Below, piece after piece: positions 10,969-22,651 of a DNA stretch of 34,270 nucleotides (position 1 is the first letter of the stretch; each line of letters starts with the position of its first letter). The notes beneath the pieces are model-generated. The model ran no database searches and was not told where the DNA came from. It saw nothing but the letters and a program-made list of their open reading frames with translations. This stretch comes from Craspedostauros australis. Its lineage: Eukaryota. Made by a program: the position numbers and the translations under genes. The DNA lies in the NCBI GenBank assembly GCA_030167865.1, contig JALAGF010005741.1, positions 1-34,270 on the forward strand, written 5' to 3'.

Positions 10969-12630
10969 TGTCTCCTATTGCTACTTCTGCTACTGCTTTT
11001 GACAGTGATGATAGTATTGCCAGTGATAAGTGGATAGATGGATGGATGGCAACACGAGACTGGAGACGCACTCACGATTGTGCTGAACTCTTTGCTATGG
11101 CTGTTTATTGTTCGTCACTGATCAAGCGCTCTTCGAAAAAGTGACACTCCAGGTTGTCAGAATTTCCAAATAACGACAGCGACGGTGATGATGGTCGTTG
11201 TTGTTGTGATTGTGTGTGGAAGTGTTCGGATGGTGTTGTTGTTGATGTTGATGGTGGTGGTGTCAGCTGGATTGTCGCCATCATCGTCGTTGTCGTTTGC
11301 AGTACCACTCGTCAGCACCGTTGATCGCGACAGGTACGCAGATTTGAAATGAGGTGATGGCCCAAATGAAGCAGAAGTGCGTAATTTCAACCTCCGGGTT
11401 CTTTGTGACGTTTAGTCATGTGTGATGTTGAGACACGAATTCTAACCATGTTCTGGGAGGGCCAAGGGGACGGGTTGGTCGCAGACGGCTTTGCCTACTG
11501 GGCCCAGGTTTGATCAGCATGGCATGCAAAAGCGTCATCTCCTGAACTTATCCTCTTCGTCATTTGGTTATCAGAAAACTCATCCATTGAAGATCGAAAA
11601 CAAGCCTGTAGAATACCACACGGGTGCTTGAAGCCGGTTCTGGAACTATTCAGATCTTCTGCATTGGATTTGTATCATATTGCGACTGTTCTGTGGTATT
11701 ACGCGAGTGCTCCATTCGACTCGCCCCTACGTATTGTGAACTATTCCAACTCTTACTGTGCATACATCTGCGTAGAACCGCCTCCAGCCGCCCGACTGTC
11801 GACAGAACCAACCCGCGTCGAGGGCTTCAGTCAGAAAGCTCAATGGACTGCGTCGCATCCAAACCATTTCCGTTCACATCGCCTGCCCCCACAAAGACGG
11901 TTTCTTGCTTTGTGCTCTGATCTGCCATGCCTGAACGCATGCACCGAGAGGGCGGCAACCCCGATCATAGAGTTGTTCGGCGTTCATGCCGATCACGCTT
12001 GATTGCTCCCGGCAGAACAATGTTATGGCGTTTGCTTCATGTCTCTGTTAGAGCGGGCATCGAATGAGTGCATGCGTCGCAAAGAACAAGTGTGAGATCA
12101 CGCATCAATCGACACAGCGCAGATACATACATGTATCATGTCGACACAATGTGAAGCTTGGTGTCTCGTGGAAGCAGTATCGATACACCAAGGGCAAATC
12201 GTGTCGGTCAATGTGGCGCAGGACTGATAAAGCGAAGGATCTGTTACGGTTTGTCTGTCGGAACAGACGGGCACAGACCCACACCTTCATCATGTTAGGT
12301 ATCGCGCGGAGTCTCCAAAGTAGGTGGAGTGCATGGTCACTGTGACATTGCAAACTCATCGTAAGGCGAATGCAAATGAGGACAACATGCAAGGATGAGC
12401 TGAGCTTGAAGCTGCTGACGTTTCTTACCTGCTGGGAGGGAGTCGAAGCTCGTCACCAACTGTGTTGACCGTGGAGTATGCCTCCCTACCTCCTCAACTG
12501 TGCAACTTCCGACCTGTTGGTGAATTGGGCGCATACATCAAAGAGGGTTTGTACGAGCATTCCGACGAGTTGAGGGCCTTACGTTCTTGAAATGGCGTCC
12601 ACCATCATCCATGTGATTGGATGAAGCTGC

Positions 12631-13425
12631 TCACGTCTTCCCTGTCGGCTTCCACCCGGATAGATCCCCGCACGTCAGATACGGCACGACCTCTCCCAAC
12701 ACCTCCGAATGCGCACCACCCACCTTGCCATCGAGCGGCAGATCGAAGTATTCCCCACCCCTAAAGTCTTGACACACGACGAAACTCTCCAAACTCGTGC
12801 TGCGCGAACTCGGCGGCTTGGCGATCGTGACGCGGCCGAACAACATGCGCAACTGGCTGTGCAGATGCGACGAATGACGACCACGAAAGATCTTGGCGAC
12901 AAAGACGCCGCCCTTCTGCAGGACGTGCGTCGTGATGTTGACAGCGCTCATGAGCAGCTGCGCTTGCAGGTATTCATCGAGGTCGTGCAATCCCGTGACG
13001 TCCGGTGCACCATCGCACACGACGAGTTCGACGCGCTGTTTCTCGAATGGCCGCAAGATGGCCTTGGCCGTGTCGATGGACGTGATGTCGCCCTGGATGC
13101 ACAGAACGCCGTCGATGGGTGCCATTGGTTGGAGGTCCACAGCGACGATCTTGATGTTGTCGGCATTGTCGTTGTCCTCTTCGCTTGGCGTTGCGGGTGC
13201 TGCCGATGTTGCGAATGTTGCTGAAGAGGCAAAGACCAGGCGATCAGACAGCACCTGACTCCAGGAACCAGGTGCCGCGCACAGATCCACCGCGTGCGTC
13301 ACACCATCGAAGATCCCAAATTCGGCATCGACCTGCAGCAGCTTGAAGGCTGACCGCGCCCTGTAACCCTTCTCCTTCGCCTTTCTGTAGAATGTATCAC
13401 GCTTGTTCTTGTTCAGCTTCCCCAT
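12631..13425 (-). CDS. TRM7: tRNA (C32/G34)-2'-O-methyltransferase, FtsJ/RrmJ family (TRM7/FTSJ1), 264 aa, intronless
   Basis: MGK...[79 protein letters not shown] and the C-terminal [12 protein letters not shown] typical of Trm7. Confidence 0.95.
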   Translation of the reverse strand: MGKLNKNKRDTFYRKAKEKGYRARSAFKLLQVDAEFGIFDGVTHAVDLCAAPGSWSQVLSDRLVFASSATFATSAAPATPSEEDNDNADNIKIVAVDLQPMAPIDGVLCIQGDITSIDTAKAILRPFEKQRVELVVCDGAPDVTGLHDLDEYLQAQLLMSAVNITTHVLQKGGVFVAKIFRGRHSSHLHSQLRMLFGRVTIAKPPSSRSTSLESFVVCQDFRGGEYFDLPLDGKVGGAHSEVLGEVVPYLTCGDLSGWKPTGKT

Positions 13426-14185
13426 GGTGCTTGCGACGATCCAACCGGAGCACTGGAGTACCTTCTGTTGTTGCCGTTGATTGCAGCTGCGGCGGTGGTC
13501 TTCATCATGTCATACTCGCACTCCTTGTTGCCTCCTTCCACGCGTCCGATGGGTGGTGCGATCGATGTTGATTGATTTGGATGATCGCAATCTTGGTTGA
13601 TGGTTGGTTCACGGACGAAAATTCCGAACGGTCGAAGGGCAGACGCCGACTTCTTTCTCTCACCGTCGTACTAAAACATGACAACGCAGCAAAACAGCGT
13701 GACAAACACCAACACCAACGACCGTTTGCGGCGCTGCCTTCTTGGTCCGCACAACTTCGCGAGGAGGTACGAAACGACCATGGCGCAATGCTCTAGTTGC
13801 TGCCGTTTGGGGAGCTGCGAATTGCAACAAGATGGCGGCAAGAAGCGCATGGAACGATGAATGCGATTATCCAGTCGATGCGACACTTCACGATGTGTGG
13901 GAACCTGCAAACCAATTGCATTGCACTGCACTGCATCCATCATGTATCAACAACGCTAACCGAACCACTTGATTCCGTTCTTGCTCACCTCCATCTTCGG
14001 CTTCGTTGTCTCCGCCATTCACCACGATGACGACGACACCATGACATGGCAACGCAACGCAACGCGACATGATACACAATGACCATTGGCATGCGCAGAG
14101 AAGAAAAGTGTTTCACTAGTCTCGACCATCACCACTCGGAAAGTGTCCACAGCGCAATCGCAACACCCCCAAAGCAACAGCAACC

Positions 14186-14875
14186 ATGTCCAAGCTCAAT
14201 TCCGCACTCCTTGACAAGGCAGTCACTGACATCCTCGCCTACTCCAGCGGAGAGGCCGTCACCGTTGGTGGCGAAGAGAAGGATGGCAAGAAGCGCAACT
14301 TCATCGAGACCATCGAGGCCCAGATCACCCTGAAGAACTACGACCCAGTCCGCGACAAGCGTTTCTCCGGAACCTTCAAGCTCCCATCCGTCCCGCGCCC
14401 CAACCTCAAGTGCTGCATCCTCGGTAACGCCGCCCATTGCGAGCAGGCCGACCGTATCGGCGTCGACCACATGAGCGTCGAGGACCTCAAGAAGCTCAAC
14501 AAGAACAAGAAGCTCGTCAAGAAGCTGGCCAAGCGCTACGATTTCTTCATCGCCTCCGCCAACATGATCAAGCAGATCCCACGTCTGTTGGGACCAGGTT
14601 TGACCAAGGCAGGAAAGTTCCCAACCCTCCTGGCCTCCGGAGATGACATGCAGGGCAAGATCGACGAGATCAAGGCCACCATCAAGTTCCAGATGAAGAA
14701 GGTCATGTGCCTCAACGTCGCTGTCGGAAACGTCGAGATGGAGCACAAGCAGGTTGTCGTCAACACCCAGCTGGCTGCCAACTTTTTGGCGTCGCTCCTC
14801 AAGAAGCAGTGGCAGAACATTGGACAGATCTATATCAAGTCCACCATGGGACCAGCGATCCAGATCTTCTTCTAA
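14186..14875 (+). CDS. RPL10A: 60S ribosomal protein uL1 (L10a), 229 aa
   Basis: [78 protein letters not shown]. Strong codon bias. Confidence 0.98.
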   Translation: MSKLNSALLDKAVTDILAYSSGEAVTVGGEEKDGKKRNFIETIEAQITLKNYDPVRDKRFSGTFKLPSVPRPNLKCCILGNAAHCEQADRIGVDHMSVEDLKKLNKNKKLVKKLAKRYDFFIASANMIKQIPRLLGPGLTKAGKFPTLLASGDDMQGKIDEIKATIKFQMKKVMCLNVAVGNVEMEHKQVVVNTQLAANFLASLLKKQWQNIGQIYIKSTMGPAIQIFF

Positions 14876-15252
14876 ATCTGCTGTCATGCCAGAGCGTTTG
14901 CCTTTTGATCAACGAAGCCGTCGGATACGACCGGATTGAATAGCTCTCGAGCAGATTAAACATGAAACGAATAGACTGTTCACGGCTGATGCCTGGTTGC
15001 TGATACAACAACGACACTCGGACTCATGCTCTGTATTGTCTTTTTTGGTGATGCCCGATTGACCTTTGCACTTGACTATTGTTGGAGTCGGCGCAATGAT
15101 GTAGTGGCTCAACGAGAACACTTGATGCACAAGTGAGCGCCCACCATGCATTCATAATCACTGCGTGCTCTGAGTATGTGTTGCTGCGTATTGCTCGTCT
15201 GTTCTCTGTTCCCCCATCACGCCAACGGAAGCGGTCAATAGGCGACTCTGCT

Positions 15253-15510
15253 CTACTCTGCTCTCACTAATTGCCACAGGTATGTACGAAGCCACGAGTT
15301 GACAGTCGCCAAATGACTGCAGCGAATGAGGCACCACGAAATAACGACAAGGCTGACGATGGCTCCAAGTGTCTCGCCAGCATGATCGAGCACCCCTTTC
15401 ATCTCTTCTGGGTTCGCAATGATGTCCTCCACAACTTCTTTGACCTTCCCGGTTGCATGATCCATCATGTCTTTTGCGTTCGGTGAGAGAAAGGAGTGGA
15501 CCGCCGCCAT
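15253..15510 (-). CDS. small hypothetical single-pass membrane protein (85 aa) or gene remnant
   Basis: gccATGG start. Amphipathic segment (KVKEVVEDIIANPEEMKGVLD) followed by a hydrophobic stretch (LGAIVSLVVISWCLI). The frame extends upstream past an in-frame TGA (15577-15579) to an ATG at 15657. Confidence 0.3.
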   Translation of the reverse strand: MAAVHSFLSPNAKDMMDHATGKVKEVVEDIIANPEEMKGVLDHAGETLGAIVSLVVISWCLIRCSHLATVNSWLRTYLWQLVRAE

Positions 15511-16220
15511 GGCTACCGCAACAAACACAACCTTCAGCTCGAACTCGCTGGATCCATTGCAAAGTTGGGTGTGTGCTCATGAGGCTATCCCGTGCACCAC
15601 CTGTGGGCGCTCCCATCGTTGCTTCTGCCGCGACTGCTTGAGATCCGGATGCGCCATCAGATCGCGGTGTCGCGAATGCCGTCGCAACAACAGATGAGCG
15701 AGTGGAACAACGATTGCTACAGTTTCATCAAGTTCCAAAGATTCTTGCTGTCTGAAAACGATTCATCAACTATCCAGCGACAACGGGCGTGTTGAAGAGT
15801 GATCTCGCACTTCGTGTTGCGGCGATGTTGCTGTTCCTGTTGACGTTGATGATGTCGTCCTTGTGACTTGTTGCATGTAAATTTCGAGTTGTGCTGAGCA
15901 ATCCACAAATTGTGGCGCGAGTGCAGGATCCACGACTTGGAATTCCGGCCGAAAACAGCCAATCACAGTCACCGCAAACGTTTGGCCCAGCCATGTCTCT
16001 TGGATGGTCTTCGTTGGTGCACCACAGGCACATTCTCGTGTGTTTGTGGATCGGCCTACCTATTACTGGCAATAGTACAATACGACAGGGTAGTCATAAT
16101 CCTCTCTATCCGTGTGCACTCACACCTACACTTGATGAGCACAAGCAATGGAAAATCCTACTCCATTCCACTCCACTCTGTAGCAATCCAGCGACTCCAG
16201 CCCCGGCCGTTCGTCTCCCC

Positions 16221-19200
16221 TCAGACATCAAATCTCGCTCTCTTCCGTGCAGATCCTTGTTTCCCCTCCCTTCGCGCTTGTGCTTTCGTGTCATCACTGG
16301 TCTCCCTCTCTCTCGTCACCTCCGCAGCCGCTGATGCTATTGCTGCTGGAATCTTTGCCGAAGACCGATCGCCGTACCCTGAAACCACACTTTCCTCTGT
16401 CCCCATCTCCATCTTCATCGCCGAATCCGACCCTGCTTTCAATGGCGTTAGATCTGCCTTGCGCTTCCCACCGTCACGCCCAAACGACATCACATACGGA
16501 TTGGCAATCAAACGCACCGTCTTGAGAAGGTAGTGAACCTTGGCGGCCTGGAAAGTCTCGGTCGCACTCCTGGGAACGATGTCATCCCTCGATTCATCCA
16601 TCTGCTGCATGGTCTCCTCGACGCTGTCTTGGGCGATCAACGTCTCCACCTTCACGGATCCCTTCGCGCCCATCCTCCACGCGCGCGCAACGGCCTGTTC
16701 TTGAAGCGATCGATCGAATACCTTCTCCATGAAGAAGATGTGGGTGACGAAGCTCAGGTCCAGCCCTTCGCTGCCGTCCTTGCCCAACAAAAAACAGAAG
16801 CAGTCGTCATCGTGATGGAACCTGTGGAGCTCTTGGCTTCGGTACCGTCCCCAGTACTCGGCAACGCATCCGCCACCGAATCGCTTCAGCAGCCGATGCC
16901 CGATCATATTGAGAACGATCCGGAATTGAGAGAAGATGATCACCTTGAGTGGTCGCGGGTGTGATCGCGGGTGTGATTGTGACGATGTGGCGTGTCTCAC
17001 CGTCTTGGTTTGGGCCCGAAGTCTCGAGCTGCTGGCACACAGAATTGCCAGCTTGTTGACAATATGCGTGGCCTTCGATTCGGTGTCCGGGCATTTCTCG
17101 GCTTGCTTGAAACAGATGCCACAGCGAGCATCGTCTTTGATCAACACACATGTACCGTGCTCAAGTCGGCATACGGTGCACACGCCATCTGCGGCAGCTC
17201 TGCTGTATGTGCAGACATGCTTGTTGCCGGATCTTGACTGGCCTGGATTGAGCACAACTCGTTGCTGGCGCTGTTGCTGCTGCTGCGGATGCAGGGCGGC
17301 GCGGTCATTCTGGATGCGCCGTGTGTCGCCGACATCATTGGCATTGGCACCGATATTGCCATGGCCGATGCTACCATTGATGGTGCTATTGGCAGTGGTA
17401 GGATCGTAGTTCCCGGATCTCGTGCTTCCAACGTTGGGGTTGCCTTGACGTGGGTCTGCAGGTGTGTGGCCAGAGTTTGGACCCGCCGTCGTTGTCATCG
17501 CCGCCAACGATGCCATCAGCATCTTCCTCTTCTTCTTGGCCGTGCCTTCCTCGATGTTGTGAAGCCACTGGTAGTCCATGCCAGGCTGCAGCTTCTGGAA
17601 GCTGTCGATATCGAATTGCTGATCGCACACGATGCAGCGATCCGACCCCCCATCGGCGCACTCGGTGCACACCAAGCACCCGCATGGGAACACCAGGAGC
17701 ATGCTCAGCGCAAGCTTGCAGCAATCGCACGACGACAGCTTGTCTGCCAATGCATCCTGCACGTATTGCAGGACACGCTGCTCCTTCTCTGGCTCATTTC
17801 CAAGATGCACTCCCAAGTCTCCAACGAACTCTTTCCAAAATGCATCTGTCAGCGTGGGAAGGACGCGCGTGCCACCGACGCAGACCAGCCGCAAGTTCTG
17901 CAGAGCCTTCTGAGCGTGCTTGACTTGAGACTTGTGAAGCAAAGAATCCTGCGTCCCACTCGTCCTGCCTTCCATCGATGTGATGAGCAGGTTCGATTGT
18001 ATGGCTCCAACCAATGTGTTGTAAGTTGTGATTTCTTCGTGGCTCATCGGCAGGACTGTGGTGGAAACATCGGGCAAAGGGAGCTCCTCGATATCCTTCT
18101 TCGTGTGTCTCACCATGAACATGGATAGAAGCGATTTCAATCTCTGGAAGGCGCAGAGGGCGCCTTGATTCCATCCCCGGTGGATGAGGTTGTGCCACAC
18201 GGCATCTCCATCTCGACGACGGGAAAAGAAGTCATGCTGGAGGAAGCTGAACAAGTTCGCAATGTTCGTCAAACCGGAATGCGTCGAGGTTCTGCGCGTC
18301 GGAGTGCCTGTCATCGCCCACCTACGCTGCGCGCAGATCCAGGAAGCGAAACAGATCGAAGAGCTCTTGCTGTTCTTCCCCATCGAATGGCCTTCGTCGA
18401 CGATCATGCGGAGCCAGTACACCTTGAGCAGCGAGCATGCGTTGTCCTCCTTCATTTGAGTGTCCATCATCTCGTAATCGCGGTACTTGAAGGATGCGAT
18501 GCTGGCAGGTGAGTTGACCTCATTCTCGAACGATCCATTCTTCCATTCATGGGAAAATCGCTGCGTTGACGTGAGGACGATGGTAAACATGGCCAAGAAC
18601 TTCGGGCATGGCAGTTGGCGTGTGTTCGTTTTGTCCACAAATAGGAAAGCCGAATGCGTCTTTTCCACTTCGCACTTGAACACTATCCTTTCCATTTCCA
18701 GGTGTGACGCCTCTGTTCCATCGTACTGGAATATGATGGGGGTGTGAGGGCAGCAGTATCGCAAGTCGACGTGCATCTCGATTTGCTCCTGTGAGTCCAT
18801 CGATGGATCGATGGACGGATAGACGGACGAATAGATGGGTATACGCATGAGCGGGTGCGTGAGACGGCATACGCGAAAAACACATGGGCGAAGTTCACGT
18901 TCACACGTCAAATCGATACGTTGGTGAGAATTGGGTCTGGCGGTTTGATGAATCAGCAACAACTCTTGGCCATAGCTCCTTTGAGAAAGTGAAACTTGCG
19001 CATATCTTCGTTGGAATGGGCCACACACCACTCTGACGAGGTACTCTTGCACGGTATACCTTCATATTACGTCTCCGTCAGGCACAGGTGTCAGCCACCT
19101 TTACTTACCAGCCAATGATCAAGCAAGACGGACGGCACCACCATCAGCGTGCTCGATGACGGAGTCAGAGCCTTCATGAAGTTCCTCCTCTTGTCTTGCT

Positions 19201-21782
19201 CGATCAACGCAGCCACTGACGAATTCGGTCGAGACGATGCGCGGCCGAACGTTCGGGACGCGATGCTCACTTGTTCCTGTTTGAACTGCCCCACAATCCG
19301 ATGGAAGGAACGCTGCATTGCAGTAGCGATCTGATGGATGATGTGATTGCTTGGGTTGTAGACCATCGCGTTGCTACGTCGGTGTATGCGAAATATGGTG
19401 GGTTGGTTGGATCATGCCGATCATGCATTCGGTACCATACATACCAGACGTACGAGTAGAAGCGGGGAGGCAGAAGAATGAAAGCAAAGTTAGATCCTGA
19501 ACGTGATACCGTGAATGCATCGCATGGATGCATTGCGTGAGTGTCAAAGAACCACAAATGCACAATGGGAGCACATGCATACGCCCACCCACTCACACTC
19601 ACACACACATGTTCACGCAAAACGGAGAGTGCCGATCCACATGGGGAGTTCTCCAAACTCACCGAAAGCAAAGATCCACATCCGCGACGAATCTTTGAAA
19701 GTCGTGGCCATAGGCCCCGCTGTCATTCTTCCTTCGAATCTCTGAAATGCTGATCGGGTGAGTGATGACGTCGAAATAATCGGGACATCCATCACGAACG
19801 GGATCCACAGGATGGAGGAAGGTGGATGAAGCGCGGTTGCTTCGCATGAGCCTGGCGATGATTCTGTTCAGCGCTGGGCAACGGAACTCGGGCACCACTT
19901 CTTCTCTCCAGTACGCCTCGAAGATCGAGGAGGCCGATGGGAGCGACAACGACAGCGACGTCGACGATAAGGCTGATGGCGTCGGTGATGACGACCTGCT
20001 GATCTTTGGAGTTTTGTGCTCGGCAGCCGACGGCATTGATTTTGCGCGTTTGTTGCGCAGGCTTCTTTTCATGGAGACGGGAGGCTCACCGGTGATGCTC
20101 TTATTGTCGCTCTTGACTTTGTCTACCGCGGGTATCTTCGATGACATGCCGATCGTTTGCAGGATGAGCGAAAGGACGGTGATCGTCTTCCCAAGGCCCG
20201 GATCATCACAAAGCAATCCCCCGCGCGCGACGGAACGATCGATCGAAACCACGGCCGTCTCGTCGTAGACCAGACCCGTGCTTTGCGACAGCCGGATCTT
20301 GGGTGATACTCCTACTGGCATAGATACGCCAGGCCGAGGAGCCAGCAAAACCGTGGCTCCGCCCGATGCGGATCGATGTGGATCGCCATGTTCTGTGGCG
20401 TCGCCCACGACGACGCGGCCCTTCATGGATGGCGATGACTGGACATGCGACCGCAGTATGTCACGTTCTGTCAGTTGGATCTGTTCCTTCGATCGCATCC
20501 ACGCCAACGAGTCGATCTGATGGTGGAAAAGATTCAGCTTGAGGCCAGGTACCACACCCCTCAATGTGTACTTCAAGATCTTGCACGTGTTGGACAAGGA
20601 CCGGATGGATGGTGCACGCAGGTAGGTCGAGATGTTGGAAATCAAGACATCCTTGGGAAGATTGGTGAGGAGACGCGTTGTGGACGAGTGCGATTGATGA
20701 TCGTGCATCGCTTCTGTCGTCCGCGCATGCCGCTTGTCGTTGAGATGACGCGAGGCGCCTCGGATGTGCTGGTAGACCACCTCAAGGGAAAACTGTTGCG
20801 GAAAGAAATCGCTCTGCTGTTGCCGTGTTCTGCCTGTTGTGCCAATGCTGCGCGACGACTGGCTGGCGTCGTCACTGCGCGTGCTTCCGCATTTCATTCC
20901 ATCTTTGCTCATCGAGTCGCATGTGGCGATTGCGAGATGCTCCATTTCTGCGTCAAGATGATCCCAATCGCTTCGAATCAACGTGAGCAGCAGCTGCGTG
21001 GAGTACGGAAGAGGTTTGGCGCATCGCACTTTTGCATTTGGTGGTTGCGGACGGATGCCGATAGGGGGCTTGGACGGCCCATCCTTCGTCGCAGTTCCCA
21101 GCGCATCGATCAACGCGGGGAAGGTGAGAGTAAGAACGATGGAACACCGACGTCTGACTGTGTCGTTGTCGTTGCTGATGTCGTCTTCCATGCAATCTGC
21201 GTCGGATGGATGCAAAACCAAGTTCGCCGTGTTGATCCGAACATGGCCCAGATCCTGGCAAGCCAGAACGAGGCCCAGCATCAATGACACGTCGGAACGT
21301 TTTCGCCGCTGCGACCCAATTGCACTTCTCACGTCATCACCGTTCTCGTTGCACGCCATGGTGGAAGCTGTAAGCGTTTGTGCACCGCAGTGCGGATACA
21401 TCTCATCCACCATCCCGTGGAAGCGAGGTACTGCGTGGGCTAACCGCAATTTGAACGGTGAGTTGCCAGGCCGGTCATCATCGTCATCGTCGTTGCCGTC
21501 GATGTTGAGAATGATGTGGTGGCATGCGTTGCACCGTTGACCGTTGCCATGGCTGCACGAGGCGCGACCGCTGACCGCTGCCTCCGTCGCGGCTTGGCAA
21601 TGGTTCGGATGTGTGCTCCTGTTCTCGTTGCAGTTGTCGTTGTTCTCAATACCCAAATCGATGGCGTGCCATGAATCGATCCTGCGCAGATGGTGGGCGG
21701 ACCCATGCAACAGCACGTCACATTGCTCCAACAGGATATAACCCAGGTCAGCTCGCGATGGTGCAGCTGCGGTGTTTGTCAT
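16221..21782 (-). CDS. SNF2-family (Rad5/SHPRH-like) helicase with N-terminal F-box, inserted bromodomain and RING finger, 3 exons, ~1650 aa
   Basis: Exons 21782-19663, 19373-19109 and 18788-16221 (GT-AG, phases consistent; start ATG uncertain). F-box LLTNLPKDVLISNISTYL...LSNTCK. Q motif LFHHQ. Walker A GGLLCDDPGLGKT. Bromodomain FLHPVD..DYFDVITHPISI..DVDLCFRNAMVYNP. Motif Ia LMVVPSVLLDHW. Walker B IVDEGH. AMTGTP. RING CDCC...PCGCLVCTEC...CIVC. HelicC VIIFSQF, GLDLS, QAVARAWRMG. Confidence 0.92.
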
Positions 21783-22651
21783 GGTGAGGCTTTTGGATTG
21801 ATGTGGTTGTGGGTCAGTAAGCGTGTGCCTGATGATCGAGCATGCGCGAGCTGCGGTGATGTCTGTGCGTGCCCATGTGAGAAAAGTGAAGAAGCGATTT
21901 GATGTGTCACAATTGTGGCTGTGGTGGGGGGAAGTGTTTGAGAATTCGCGCGTTCTCGTCGTGGTTCTTCCAGTTGCAGTTCCAGTCGCACCCGCAGTCG
22001 CAGTTGTAGTCGTAGTTTGTGTTGATGACTGCATGGTTTGACGATTTGATCCCGTCACCACGTTGAAGTACCATGTTCATCGAATCTATATGTACCGCAT
22101 ATATGGTATTACAACATTTGTCCGTCGTGATGAAACTCTCTGAAGAGAGATGAACCATCTGATCAAAACAATAACATTCAATAGGACACGAGCCTCTCTG
22201 CAACTCAATGTATTAGTAGGTAGCAAAGAATAGGTTCCAATAGTTGCTCAACTCTCTCCAGATCCCCGTTGCCCTCTCCGATGTTTTGAGTGGCCTGTCC
22301 AACAGCGAAGTCTCCGCCCATCACCAATCGCATCCATTTCGTCGGCACATGCGGTACTCGTGCGATGGTCTACTTCATGTTCTCTTTTTCGCGTGTAGAA
22401 GTCCACCGAGTCGATCTATCGGTCATTTCGGTTCGATGATTCTCACGACACAGATGCGTGGATCATCGAGTCAACGGTCCTGTGCAAGGTGGGGCACCTC
22501 CACGCGCATCCTCGACAACGAGCGAACATGTGAATCTCACACACAGTCCCCCTCCGCCCAGCACTGCCCATAATACGCACGATCTATTACACCTCATACT
22601 CATACGATCCCTCCCTCCATCGATTCATTCATTGCGATTGCAACAGACAAG

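Noticed and set aside
11445..11525. GC-rich potential hairpin or ncRNA (ccatg...catgg, ctggg...cccag)
   Set aside because: The stems are short and match no RNA family I recognise. An Infernal/Rfam search would be needed.
12390..12590. Faint resemblance to an IS630/Tc1 transposase C-terminal motif (TVEY..PPY...PV..W..IK)
   Set aside because: It requires several frameshifts, and I could find no DDE core or terminal inverted repeats.
14129..14887. 252-aa antisense ORF over RPL10A (likewise 5965-6366, 8680-9315, 24443-25183, 26173-27438, 29742-30725)
   Set aside because: These are shadow ORFs caused by codon bias of the real gene on the other strand, and they show no motifs.
21783..22061. Upstream extension of the SNF2 ORF to 22061
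   Set aside because: It starts at GTG and is Thr-rich low-complexity sequence, more likely UTR, although the in-frame ATG near 22034 cannot be excluded.
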